Shown here: positions 1 to 8,613 of the stretch, piece after piece
Layout: each line of letters starts with the position of its first letter
How positions within the stretch are numbered: the stretch's first letter is position 1
Source: an uncultured Gammaproteobacteria bacterium
GTDB lineage: Bacteria; Pseudomonadota; Gammaproteobacteria; HK1
Length of the DNA: 61,707 nucleotides
NCBI GenBank assembly: GCA_947258715.1
Contig: CAMYJH010000029.1
Location: forward strand, 1 to 61,707
Reading direction: 5' to 3'
Program-made: the position numbers and the translations under genes
The notes under the pieces: model-generated
What the model was told of the DNA's origin: nothing
What the model saw: the letters and a program-made list of their open reading frames with translations, nothing else
Databases searched by the model: none

Positions 1-28
1 TGGGGTTCGAGTCCCCGGCGGCCCACCA
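1..28 (+). tRNA. 3' portion of a tRNA gene (T-arm, 7-nt acceptor strand, discriminator, CCA); 5' part lies upstream of the window
   Basis: tGGGGTTCGAGTCCCCg forms a 5-bp T-stem with a TTCGAGT loop, followed by GCGGCCC-A-CCA. Identity not assignable without the anticodon. Confidence 0.55.
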
Positions 29-56
29 GATCGAATGATTGCGCGACAGAATTTTT

Positions 57-134
57 GGGCGCGTGCAGGCAATTGGCAGACCGGGCGGTTTCAGAAACCG
101 TTGCATGTGAGTTCGAATCTCACCGCGCCTACCA
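57..134 (+). tRNA. tRNA-like gene, anticodon loop TTCAGAA (CAG), Leu-type D-loop but only a 5-nt variable loop; non-canonical or pseudo-tRNA
   Basis: Acceptor GGGCGCG pairs with CGCGCCT (one G-U). D-loop GCAATTGGCAGA resembles tRNA-Leu, but the D-stem has one mismatch. Anticodon stem GCGGT/ACCGT with loop TTCAGAA. T-arm GTGAG-TTCGAAT-CTCAC, then A-CCA. A long variable arm expected for Leu is absent. Confidence 0.4.
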
Positions 135-299
135 GATGCGTCGAAGCGGCATCGATTACTACCGCTTCGAAAGCGCAGACGAGTCGAATGCGGAACGTTA
201 ACCGGACAGCGGCGCAGGTTCTGTGTGCCTGCCCGGCGCGCCAATGCTTTTAATCGTACGGCGTGTACCGATCGGTGAGCGAGCTTCGACACCAGTGAA

Positions 300-376
300 A
301 GTAGCTCAACGGGTAGAGCAGCGGACTTTTGTTTCCGTAGGTTGAGGGTTCGAATCCCTCCTTTACGCTCACACCA
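300..376 (+). tRNA. degenerate tRNA-like sequence (TTT-containing 8-nt anticodon loop, imperfect acceptor); probable tRNA pseudogene
   Basis: D-arm TAGCTCAACGGGTAGAGCA. Anticodon region GCGGA-CTTTTGTT-TCCGT has an 8-nt loop. T-arm GAGGG-TTCGAAT-CCCTC. 3' tail CTTTACGCTCACACCA does not pair cleanly with the 5' GTGAAAG strand. Confidence 0.3.
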
Positions 377-946
377 GACTGTGGATCTGGCAAGTGGTAA
401 CGGCTTAAAGCCTCTGCGGTTCGAATCCGCAAACGAAGACCCGGTGCTTTTTGCACCGACAACAGGAGGCGCCCACGCGCCCAAGCGAACGTCAGCGAGC
501 GTCCAACCCTCGGTGATGTGAGCGAAGGCGTAACACCGGCAAGGTCCCGCGTGACCGGATCCGGGCGGCGCCGGCGACGGCCGATCGATCGATCCTCGGG
601 CAGGGCAGGGATGCCATCCTGCGCCAACGGAGTTGGCGCGAGGACGGTTCGATTCGCTGAACCGCGGCGCTGGCCGCACCGGTCATCCACCTTTCGGGTG
701 TCGGGCGCCTCCGACCGATTTGATGCAAACCGCCGCGTCCGCTCGCGGCGGTTTGAGGAAGAAGTTGAGGAAATGAACAGAAAACACCTGGGTCGTGACC
801 GCTCGTGATTGTTCTCGCGAGAGCCAGTGCTTGCAAAGGGTCACGTTTTGCTGGCAAGGGGCGGCCGATGGGCGGCCGCCCAAGAAAGGAGTCTACGATA
901 CATTCCACCCAGAATGGATCACAGGCTCCTCATAAGGAGAAGTGCA

Positions 947-2098
947 ATGTTTGGCATCAAGCGCATCGTCATTGCGCAGCACGAGCGCGGTCTGTTCTTC
1001 AAGCACCGCCGTCTCGTCAAGGTGCTCAAGCCGGGCGCGCACTGGGTCGCGGACTTTGCCGGTCGTTACACCGTCGAGGTTTACGACCTGACCCAGCCGA
1101 AGTTCACCCACGATCGCGTGGACTTCTTCCTGAAGGAGTCGCCGGAGATCACCCAGCGTCACTTTCAGGTGGTCGAGCTGGGCGCGCACGAGGTCGGGCT
1201 CGTTTACAAGAACGGACGCCTGGCGTCGATCCTGGCGCCGAGCACCCGTCAGCTCTACTGGAAGGGTCCGATCGAGGTCAAGGTCGACAAGCTCGACATC
1301 AGCGAGGACTCGGCGGTCCGTCAGCCGCTGCTGAAGCAGCTGGCCTTCCCGCGTGAGCCGGAGCTGATCGCCCTAGCCCGCCAGTACCTGGCCATCGACG
1401 AGGTGGCCGACAGCGATGTCGGTCTGCTGATTGTCGACGGCGAGCTCAGCGCAACCCTGAAGCCGGGCCTGTACGGCTTCTGGAAGTTCAACCGCACGGT
1501 CAAGGTCGTGCACGTGGACCTCCGACTGCAGGCCATGGAGGTTTCGGGTCAGGAGATCCTGACGAAGGACAAGGTGAGCCTACGCGCCAACCTGTCGGCG
1601 ACCTTTAAGGTCACCGACCCGGTGAAGGCCCGCAGCTCGCTGAAGGACTTTGAAGATTTCCTGTACCGCGAGCTCCAGTTCGGGCTGCGTCAGGCCATCG
1701 GTACCCGCACCCTGGACGCCCTCCTGGGCAGCAAGGGTGAGCTGGACCGAGTCGTCTACGAGCACGTGAGCGCGAAGGTCGCGCCCCACGGCCTCGATGT
1801 TCGCAGCGTGGGAATCAAGGATCTGATTCTCCCGGGCGAGATGAAGGACATCCTCAACCAGGTTGTCCAGGCCGAGAAGGTCGCCCAGGCGAACGTGATC
1901 AAGCGCCGTGAGGAGACTTCGGCAACGCGTTCGCTGCTCAACACGGCGAAGCTCATGGACGACAACCCGACGCTGAAGCGCCTCAAGGAGCTGGAGGTGC
2001 TGGAGAAGGTGTCGGAGAAGGTCGATCGTCTGACCGTCTTCGGCGGACTGGACGGAGTCCTTCAGGATACGGTGAAGATCAATGTGCGCGGCGAATAG
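947..2098 (+). CDS. SPFH/band-7 (stomatin/slipin-like) membrane-associated protein
   Basis: Translation MFGIKRIVIAQHERGLFFKHRRLVKVLKPGAHWV..., with an SPFH core (EVSGQEILTKDKVSLRANLSATFKVTDP...DVRSVGIKDLILPGE) and a C-terminal coiled coil. RBS AAGGAGA 6 nt upstream of ATG 947; the longer ORF start at 809 is rejected. Confidence 0.8.
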   Translation: MFGIKRIVIAQHERGLFFKHRRLVKVLKPGAHWVADFAGRYTVEVYDLTQPKFTHDRVDFFLKESPEITQRHFQVVELGAHEVGLVYKNGRLASILAPSTRQLYWKGPIEVKVDKLDISEDSAVRQPLLKQLAFPREPELIALARQYLAIDEVADSDVGLLIVDGELSATLKPGLYGFWKFNRTVKVVHVDLRLQAMEVSGQEILTKDKVSLRANLSATFKVTDPVKARSSLKDFEDFLYRELQFGLRQAIGTRTLDALLGSKGELDRVVYEHVSAKVAPHGLDVRSVGIKDLILPGEMKDILNQVVQAEKVAQANVIKRREETSATRSLLNTAKLMDDNPTLKRLKELEVLEKVSEKVDRLTVFGGLDGVLQDTVKINVRGE

Positions 2099-2130
2099 TG
2101 CACCGCACGGCGGTCAACATCGTAAGAGGT

Positions 2131-2160
2131 GAGGGCCCGGCGAATGGGTGCCGGGCCCTC
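2131..2160 (+). terminator. GC-rich hairpin downstream of the SPFH gene (11-bp stem GAGGGCCCGGC/GCCGGGCCCTC), possible terminator without a U-tract
   Basis: Perfect 11-bp inverted repeat with an 8-nt loop, 33 nt after the stop codon. No T-run follows, so it may instead be a REP-like stabilising hairpin. Confidence 0.3.
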
Positions 2161-2180
2161 GGCTTCGATAGGGGCGATAG

Positions 2181-2265
2181 GGGACATTCAGAGTTCGTAA
2201 GTTACTGAATCTCGGTCCGACCGCCGTTAGGTCTAATTCAAGGACTTACGAACTCTGAATGTCCC
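2181..2265. repeat. 85-bp element bounded by perfect 22-bp terminal inverted repeats (GGGACATTCAGAGTTCGTAAGT), MITE-like or bidirectional terminator
   Basis: GGGACATTCAGAGTTCGTAAGT ... ACTTACGAACTCTGAATGTCCC lies between the convergent SPFH and MFS genes and ends 5 bp from the MFS stop. Confidence 0.5.
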
Positions 2266-2269
2266 TCAC

Positions 2270-3496
2270 TCAGTGATCGGTGCGCTGCGCCCAGCGCATG
2301 GTGATCAGGGCGGCTGCGCCGAATACGGAGAATCCACCCGCGAGCGCCGACACGGTGCCGTCGTAGGCCTGGCCGACAGCCGCGCCAATGGGAACTGAAA
2401 GGAGGGTGCCGACGAATCCCACAACGGCGGCGCCGACGCCCGCAATGTGGCCCAGAGGCTCCATGGAAAGGGCATTGAGATTGCCGAACAGGAGGCCGAT
2501 ACAGAAGAACATTGACATAAAAAAGCACATAAAAAGCCACAGCGGCGGTATTCCTTCGAGCGACCAGACGGCGAGCAGAAATACCAGCGCAAGGCCGGTT
2601 AGCACGTGAATTGCCGTAATGGAGATCTTGCGCATGCCGTGGCGGATGACGAGCCGCCCGTTGATAACAGAGGCGCAGCCGATGGATAAAGCGAGCGTTG
2701 CAAAGTACGCCGGAAACCACTTGCCCACTCCATAGGTCTGCTGAAATATCTGTTGTGCCGAGCTCAAATAACCAACGAAAGCTGCAAATATAAATCCGGT
2801 AGCTACGGTATGACCGATGGCAACGCGGGTAGTGCACACCTCGCGGGCCGCTGCGAGAATTCTACGGACCGAGAACGCAGACCTGCGCTCGGGCGGGAGC
2901 GTTTCCGGCTGACGCAGAGCAAACCAGGCCGAAGTAATCAGCGCTATCAAGAGAAAGGTCGTGAAGATCGCCCGCCATCCGGCAAAAAACAGAATCGCTT
3001 GGCCCATGGCCGGCGCCAGGGCGGGAACCAGAATGAATACCGACAGAGCGAAGGACATGACGCGCGCCATGGCGCGGCCCAGGTACTGATCGCGCACTAG
3101 TGCGATGGTCACGATGCGAGGGGCGGCGGCGCCAACGCCCTGGAGTATCCGCCCCGCAATCATCCATTCGAAGCTTGGCGCGAATATCGATAGCAGGCAT
3201 CCACCCATGAACAAGACCAAACCGGCGTAGATAATCGGCTTACGCCCAAAGCTGTCCGAGAGCGGACCGGCAAGCAGCTGACCGAAGGCAAGCCCGAAGA
3301 ACAGCGACGCCACTACTAGCTGTGTGTCGTTCGGGTCCGAGACAGCGAGGTCGGCGCCAATAGCGGGCAGCGCGGGCAGCATCGCGTCGATGGACATCGC
3401 AACCAGCGAGAACATCAGGGCTATTAGAGCGACGAACTCGGCGAGCGGCAATTTCCCGCCGCTGTCTCGACTGACCACCGAGCGTTCCTGAATCAA
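2270..3496 (-). CDS. MFS transporter, Bcr/CflA-type multidrug efflux family
   Basis: 408-aa ORF with 12 predicted TM segments and MFS signature GRKPIIYAGLVLFMGGCLL...GRILQGVGAAAPRIV. Confidence 0.75.
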   Translation of the reverse strand: MIQERSVVSRDSGGKLPLAEFVALIALMFSLVAMSIDAMLPALPAIGADLAVSDPNDTQLVVASLFFGLAFGQLLAGPLSDSFGRKPIIYAGLVLFMGGCLLSIFAPSFEWMIAGRILQGVGAAAPRIVTIALVRDQYLGRAMARVMSFALSVFILVPALAPAMGQAILFFAGWRAIFTTFLLIALITSAWFALRQPETLPPERRSAFSVRRILAAAREVCTTRVAIGHTVATGFIFAAFVGYLSSAQQIFQQTYGVGKWFPAYFATLALSIGCASVINGRLVIRHGMRKISITAIHVLTGLALVFLLAVWSLEGIPPLWLFMCFFMSMFFCIGLLFGNLNALSMEPLGHIAGVGAAVVGFVGTLLSVPIGAAVGQAYDGTVSALAGGFSVFGAAALITMRWAQRTDH

Positions 3497-3945
3497 GTCA
3501 GGATCGACGCGGACAGAGTTGATAGAAATTGCGGAAACGTCATCTGTCCCATCAAAGCCAGCCCAAGTGGGCTTTGCCCATGTTTCAGATCTCGCTCATG
3601 TGCCGGCGCAAGCGGCGATCTGTACCGCAGGCGGTCGCAAAGTCGCACATTGATGCGCTGGGTGAGGGGCTGAACGTGAATACTTTCTCTGTTCGCGGCT
3701 CGAGCAGAAGGCGGCCGAACGTCTTTTGCCAGAACTCGACGTACCTTGTGAGCCCCATGGAGTTCCTTGCTAGGAGCGAGATTATACAGAATCAGAATCC
3801 AACTAAAGCGTTGGAATCTGCCCTGTGCGGCACCTTAGCGGGTCGACTGGGGATGGCCCCGCCTGCTGCCGACAGCACGAGCGCGAAGCCGCGAAAAAGC
3901 GTTACCGCCACGCGGTCGCGTCGGATTTCGGTTATCAATTGAGGT

Positions 3946-4950
3946 TCACGCCATGTATGCGCTTTTGTATTGTTCCAGTATTCGAATGTAATTGCCGCGT
4001 TTAAACGCCGTCGGATCGGCGACGTTTTGTTCGCTCATGGAACCCTTCATCTGCTCGATCGACGCGTACCCTCGTGCCTCCATCCACTCCTCGACATCAT
4101 GCAGCAGACGTCCGGCGTAGCTTATCCCGTTCTTCAGCAGCGCAGATGTGGTCATGACGGCGTCGGCGCCCGCCATCACGTACTTGATGATCTCGGTGGC
4201 ACTGTGGACGCCTCGCGTCGCAGCCAGTGAGGCGCGCACTCGGCCGTGTAGCAAGGCGATCCAGGTAAGCGGGAGGCGGATCTCCGAAGGCTCGCTGAGC
4301 CCCAGACTGAGGGAGACTTCGAGGCGGTCAATATCGAAATCGGGCTGGTAAAAGCGGTTGAACAGCACCAGCGCGTCTGCGCCGGCTTCATCCAGGCGGC
4401 GCGCCATGTTGCCGAAGGCGCTGAAGAACGGGCTCAGCTTGAGCGCCACCGGGATCGCTACCGCCCCCTTGACGCGCCTGAGGATTTCCACGTATCGCTC
4501 TTCGACCTCTCTGCCCGTGGTCTCGATGTTGGCAGGTATGTAGAAAACGTTGAGCTCAATCGCGCTCGCGCCCGCCTCCTCCATGCGCTTGGCGTAATCG
4601 ATCCAACCCTCGTTGGTAAGACCGTTGAGACTGGCGATAACCGGGATATCGACGGCGTCGCGGGCGCGGCGAATGAGATCGAGATACTGCTCGGCTCCGA
4701 ATTGAAAATCCTCTACCTCTGGGAAGTAGCTCAAGGCTTCACCGAAGCTTTCCGCGCCGTAGCTGGTCAAGTGCGTCATCGCCTCTTCCTCGTAGCGAAT
4801 TTGTTCCTCAAAGAGCGAGAACATCACCACCGCTGCAGCGCCGGCGTCCTCTAGTCGCTTGATGTTGGCAACATCCTCGGACAGAGGTGATGCCGATGCA
4901 ACGAGGGGGTTGCGCAGCTCCAGGCCCATGTAGCTTGTCTTAAGATCCAT
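3946..4950 (-). CDS. dihydroorotate dehydrogenase / dihydropyrimidine dehydrogenase PreA-like TIM-barrel flavoprotein (no Fe-S domain)
   Basis: MDLKTSYMGLELRNPLVASASPLS... (class-1 DHOD/DPD N-terminal motif). RBS GGAGT before ATG 4950; the upstream in-frame extension is rejected. Last gene of the nifJ operon. Confidence 0.65.
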   Translation of the reverse strand: MDLKTSYMGLELRNPLVASASPLSEDVANIKRLEDAGAAAVVMFSLFEEQIRYEEEAMTHLTSYGAESFGEALSYFPEVEDFQFGAEQYLDLIRRARDAVDIPVIASLNGLTNEGWIDYAKRMEEAGASAIELNVFYIPANIETTGREVEERYVEILRRVKGAVAIPVALKLSPFFSAFGNMARRLDEAGADALVLFNRFYQPDFDIDRLEVSLSLGLSEPSEIRLPLTWIALLHGRVRASLAATRGVHSATEIIKYVMAGADAVMTTSALLKNGISYAGRLLHDVEEWMEARGYASIEQMKGSMSEQNVADPTAFKRGNYIRILEQYKSAYMA

Positions 4951-4994
4951 AACTGACTCCTTCCGACTATGCCGCTTTCTGCTGCGACGTCGGT

Positions 4995-7900
4995 TTATTC
5001 TTCTCGAGTGAAGTGGAAGCTCGGGTCGCCTCGGGTTGCCATCTCCTCGTAGACGCGCCACTTCACCTGTAGGTTTTCCTGCGCAAGCGCCATCAGACGC
5101 TCGGCCTCTCGAGGATGGGTACGTGTCAGCATCCGGTAGCGGATCTCGTTGTAGGCGTACTTTTTCAACGCCACACGCGGAGGCTGTGAGTCGAGCAAAA
5201 ACGGATTGCTGCCTTTCTCACGCAGGGTGGGGTTATAGCGAACGAGCGGCCAGTGGCCGCTGTCCACGGCGAGCTTTTGTTGCCGCAGACCGTGCTGCAT
5301 ATTAATCCCGTGCGCAATGCAGTGACTGTAGGCAAGGATCAGGGACGGACCGGGGTAAGCTTCCGCCTCCCGGAGCGCAAGCAGCGTCTGCTGTGGATTC
5401 GCGCCCATTGCTACGCGCGCGACATATATATTTCCGTAAGAAATTGCCTGCAGCGCGAGATCTTTCTTGGCAATCGGTTTTCCCGATGTGGCGAATTTGG
5501 CGACCGCAGCGAGAGGTGTTGCCTTCGACATTTGTCCGCCGGTGTTGGAATAAACTTCGGTATCGAGCACCAGCACGTTGACGTCCCGACCGCTCGCAAG
5601 GACATGGTCTAGACCTCCGTATCCGATGTCGTATGCCCAGCCGTCGCCGCCGACGATCCAGACGCTGCGTCTCACGAATTGGTTGCTGAGTGACAGAAGC
5701 CGCCGGGCATCGTCACTATCCAGCGTCTCGAGCTTTGATTTCAGCGCCGACACCCTGACCCGCTGCTCGCGTATCTGCGACTCTTCTTGCTGCGGCGATT
5801 GAAGTAGTGCATTAACCAGCTCAGAACCCAACTCGCCTTGGAGTTTTAGAAGAAGTTTCTTAGCCAAGGCGCGGTGCGCGTCGGCAGTCAGCCGAAAGCC
5901 AAGCCCGAACTCGGCGTTGTCTTCGAAAAGGGAGTTAGACCACGCGGGACCGCGCCCCTCCGAATTCATGCTCCATGGCGTGGTGGGAAGATTTCCGCCG
6001 TATATGGATGAGCATCCGGTCGCATTGGCAACGATCATTCGGTCGCCGAAAAGCTGTGAAATGAGCTTTAAGTACGGCGTCTCTCCGCAGCCCGCGCAGG
6101 CTCCCGAAAACTCGAACAGCGGCGTGAGATACTGCACTCCCCGCACGGTGGAGAAGTCAATTCGGCTGCGGTCGTTGTCCGGAATCGACTCGAAATATTG
6201 CAGGCCTTCACGCACCTCATCGAGCACCGGTTCGAGGGGCGCCATGTTGATGGCTCTGAATCCGCTTTTCTCCTTGCTGCTGGCGGGGCAGACCTCAACG
6301 CAGAGCGCGCAGCCGGTGCAGTCCTCGGCGTACACCTGCAGCGTGTAACGGGTATCCGGAAAGCCCCGGCCGCTGAGCGGCGCCGAGCGAAAGCCGGTCG
6401 GTGCCGAGTCGAGCTGGGATTGATTGAAGAGCTTTGTCCGAATCACGCTGTGGGGGCAGACAAAGCCGCAGTTTCCACACTGTATACAGATATCCGGCTC
6501 CCATATGGGGGCGAACATGGAGATCCGTCGTTTCTCCCAGCGGGTTGTGCCCGTGGGATAGGTACCGTCTTCAGGAAGCCGGCTTGTCGGCAACTCGTCT
6601 CCCCTCCCTGCCATCATCATGGCGGTGACGTCTCTGACAAATTGTGGCGCCGTCGCGGGCACGATTTCGGGCACGCCGCGATCGCTTGTCACCGTCGAGG
6701 CAACGACCACTTGGTGAAGATTTTCGAGCGTCTGATCGATGGCCTCGAAGTTCCGGCGCACCACGTCCTCACCCTTATTGCCGTAGGTTTTTTGCACCGC
6801 CTCTTTGATCTTGGCGATGGCTTCATCGCGCGGCAGCACGCCCGATATGGCAAAGAAGCAAGTCTGCATCACGGTGTTGATACGCGTGCCCATGCCGTTT
6901 TCGCGCGCCACCCGGTAGGCGTCGATGATGAACAGGCGGATCTGTTTGTCGATGATCGTTTTCTGTGCCGCGCACGGTAGCTGGTCCCATACCGAGTCGG
7001 CCTGGTGCGGACTGTTGAGCAGCAAGGTTGCCCCGTCGGCGGCGTGCGACAGCATATCGGGTCGTTCGAGGAAGCCGAACTGGTGGCAGGCGACGAAGTT
7101 TGCGGAGCGGATAAGGTAAGGCGATCGTATAGGCTGTGGGCCGAATCTCAGGTGAGAGACCGTTCGCGAGCCGGATTTTTTCGAGTCGTAGACGAAATAA
7201 CCCTGGGCGAAAATGTTGTCATCTTCCCCGATGATCTTGATGGAATTCTTGTTGGCGCCCACGGTTCCATCGGCGCCCAGACCGTAGAATACGGCGCGCA
7301 CCGTGTGCTCGGATTCGACGTCGAAGTCGGGATCGTATTCGAGGCTGGTGTCCGACAAATCATCCCGAATACCCACCGTGAAGTGATTCTTGGGCTGCTC
7401 CCGGGCGAGCTCGTCCAGCACCGCCTTGGCCATGGCCGGGGTGAATTCCTTGGAGGAGAGGCCGTAGCGACCGCCAATGACCCGCGGGATGGAATCTCCC
7501 AACAGCGAACCGTTTGCGCGTTTTTCCGAAAACGCGGCCACCACGTCCTGATAAAGGGGCTCGCCCGTCGCCCCAGGTTCCTTGGTGCGGTCCAGTACCG
7601 CCACCGCCTTGACTGTGTCGGGAACGGCTTTGAGAAACTGGCTCGGCGAAAACGGTCGATAGAGGCGCACCTGCATCACGCCCACCGAGTCGCCGCGAGT
7701 ATTGAGGTGCTCGACCGTTTCGCGCAGGGTCTCGACGCCCGAGCCCATTAAAACGACGACCCGCTCGGCTTCCGGATCGCCGAAGTAATCGAACAGCCGG
7801 TACCGTCGCCCGGTGAGGTCGGCAAAACGCTCCATGACGTTTTGTACGATCTCGGGAGCTTGTGTGTAAAAAGGATTGACCGTTTCACGGGCCTGGAAAT

Positions 7901-8573
7901 AAACGTCGGGGTTCTGCGCACTGCCCCGCATCACAGGTCGGTCAGGAGTGAGACCGCGCCCGCGGTGAGCGATGACCAGCGGGTCCGGAATCATTGCTCG
8001 GATGTCCTCATCCGATAAAAAGTCCAGCTTGTTGATCTCGTGGCTGGTTCGAAAGCCGTCGAAGAAATGAATGAAGGGCAGACGCGACTCGAGACTGCTT
8101 GCCTGGGCGATGAGCGCGAGGTCGTGGGCCTCCTGAACTGAGCTTGATGCAAGCATGGCCCAGCCCGTGGAACGGGTTGCCATGACATCCGAATGATCTC
8201 CGAAAATCGAAAGGGCCTGCGCCGCCAGCGAACGGGCCGCGACGTGGAATACCGTGGCCGTGAGCTCTCCCGCGATCTTGTACATGTTGGGGATCATGAG
8301 CAGCAGACCCTGCGAGGCAGTGAAAGTCGTGCTGAGCGCCCCCGTCTGCAGCGAGCCGTGCACCGCGCCCGCCGCCCCGGCTTCACTTTGCATTTCGACC
8401 ACGGCGGGTACGCAACCCCAGACGTTTTCCCGGCCTTCGCTGGCCCACTGGTCAGCATGCTCGCCCATCGGCGACGACGGCGTGATGGGATAAATCACGC
8501 ACACCTCGTTGGTTCGGTAAGCGATGCTTGCGGCGGCCTCGTTACCGTCGAGGGTGACTCGTTTTGCCGTCAT
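4995..8573 (-). CDS. nifJ: pyruvate:ferredoxin (flavodoxin) oxidoreductase, single-polypeptide PFOR
   Basis: About 1190 aa. MTAKRVTLDGNEAAASIAYRTNEVCVIYPITPSS matches the PFOR N-terminus. Two CxxCxxCxxxCP ferredoxin motifs are present mid-protein. RBS GGGAGAG upstream of ATG 8573. Confidence 0.9.
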   Translation of the reverse strand: MTAKRVTLDGNEAAASIAYRTNEVCVIYPITPSSPMGEHADQWASEGRENVWGCVPAVVEMQSEAGAAGAVHGSLQTGALSTTFTASQGLLLMIPNMYKIAGELTATVFHVAARSLAAQALSIFGDHSDVMATRSTGWAMLASSSVQEAHDLALIAQASSLESRLPFIHFFDGFRTSHEINKLDFLSDEDIRAMIPDPLVIAHRGRGLTPDRPVMRGSAQNPDVYFQARETVNPFYTQAPEIVQNVMERFADLTGRRYRLFDYFGDPEAERVVVLMGSGVETLRETVEHLNTRGDSVGVMQVRLYRPFSPSQFLKAVPDTVKAVAVLDRTKEPGATGEPLYQDVVAAFSEKRANGSLLGDSIPRVIGGRYGLSSKEFTPAMAKAVLDELAREQPKNHFTVGIRDDLSDTSLEYDPDFDVESEHTVRAVFYGLGADGTVGANKNSIKIIGEDDNIFAQGYFVYDSKKSGSRTVSHLRFGPQPIRSPYLIRSANFVACHQFGFLERPDMLSHAADGATLLLNSPHQADSVWDQLPCAAQKTIIDKQIRLFIIDAYRVARENGMGTRINTVMQTCFFAISGVLPRDEAIAKIKEAVQKTYGNKGEDVVRRNFEAIDQTLENLHQVVVASTVTSDRGVPEIVPATAPQFVRDVTAMMMAGRGDELPTSRLPEDGTYPTGTTRWEKRRISMFAPIWEPDICIQCGNCGFVCPHSVIRTKLFNQSQLDSAPTGFRSAPLSGRGFPDTRYTLQVYAEDCTGCALCVEVCPASSKEKSGFRAINMAPLEPVLDEVREGLQYFESIPDNDRSRIDFSTVRGVQYLTPLFEFSGACAGCGETPYLKLISQLFGDRMIVANATGCSSIYGGNLPTTPWSMNSEGRGPAWSNSLFEDNAEFGLGFRLTADAHRALAKKLLLKLQGELGSELVNALLQSPQQEESQIREQRVRVSALKSKLETLDSDDARRLLSLSNQFVRRSVWIVGGDGWAYDIGYGGLDHVLASGRDVNVLVLDTEVYSNTGGQMSKATPLAAVAKFATSGKPIAKKDLALQAISYGNIYVARVAMGANPQQTLLALREAEAYPGPSLILAYSHCIAHGINMQHGLRQQKLAVDSGHWPLVRYNPTLREKGSNPFLLDSQPPRVALKKYAYNEIRYRMLTRTHPREAERLMALAQENLQVKWRVYEEMATRGDPSFHFTREE

Positions 8574-8613
8574 CGGCGCTCTCCCGAAAATAACCAAAAT
8601 TCCGCGAGTGCGA

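Noticed and set aside
377-455. Fourth tRNA-like segment (T-arm TGCGG-TTCGAAT-CCGCA)
   Set aside because: Only the T-arm is recognisable; no D-arm, anticodon arm or acceptor pairing can be drawn. Treated as a fragment and mentioned only in the array finding.
1-2100. Genomic island or prophage integrated at the tRNA cluster
   Set aside because: No integrase, excisionase or phage genes follow the tRNAs; the next gene is an SPFH housekeeping-type protein.
3529-3942. 137-aa plus-strand ORF between the MFS and DHOD-like genes
   Set aside because: No RBS; Arg/Ser-rich low-complexity translation. The region is better explained as promoter and terminator space for the flanking minus-strand genes.
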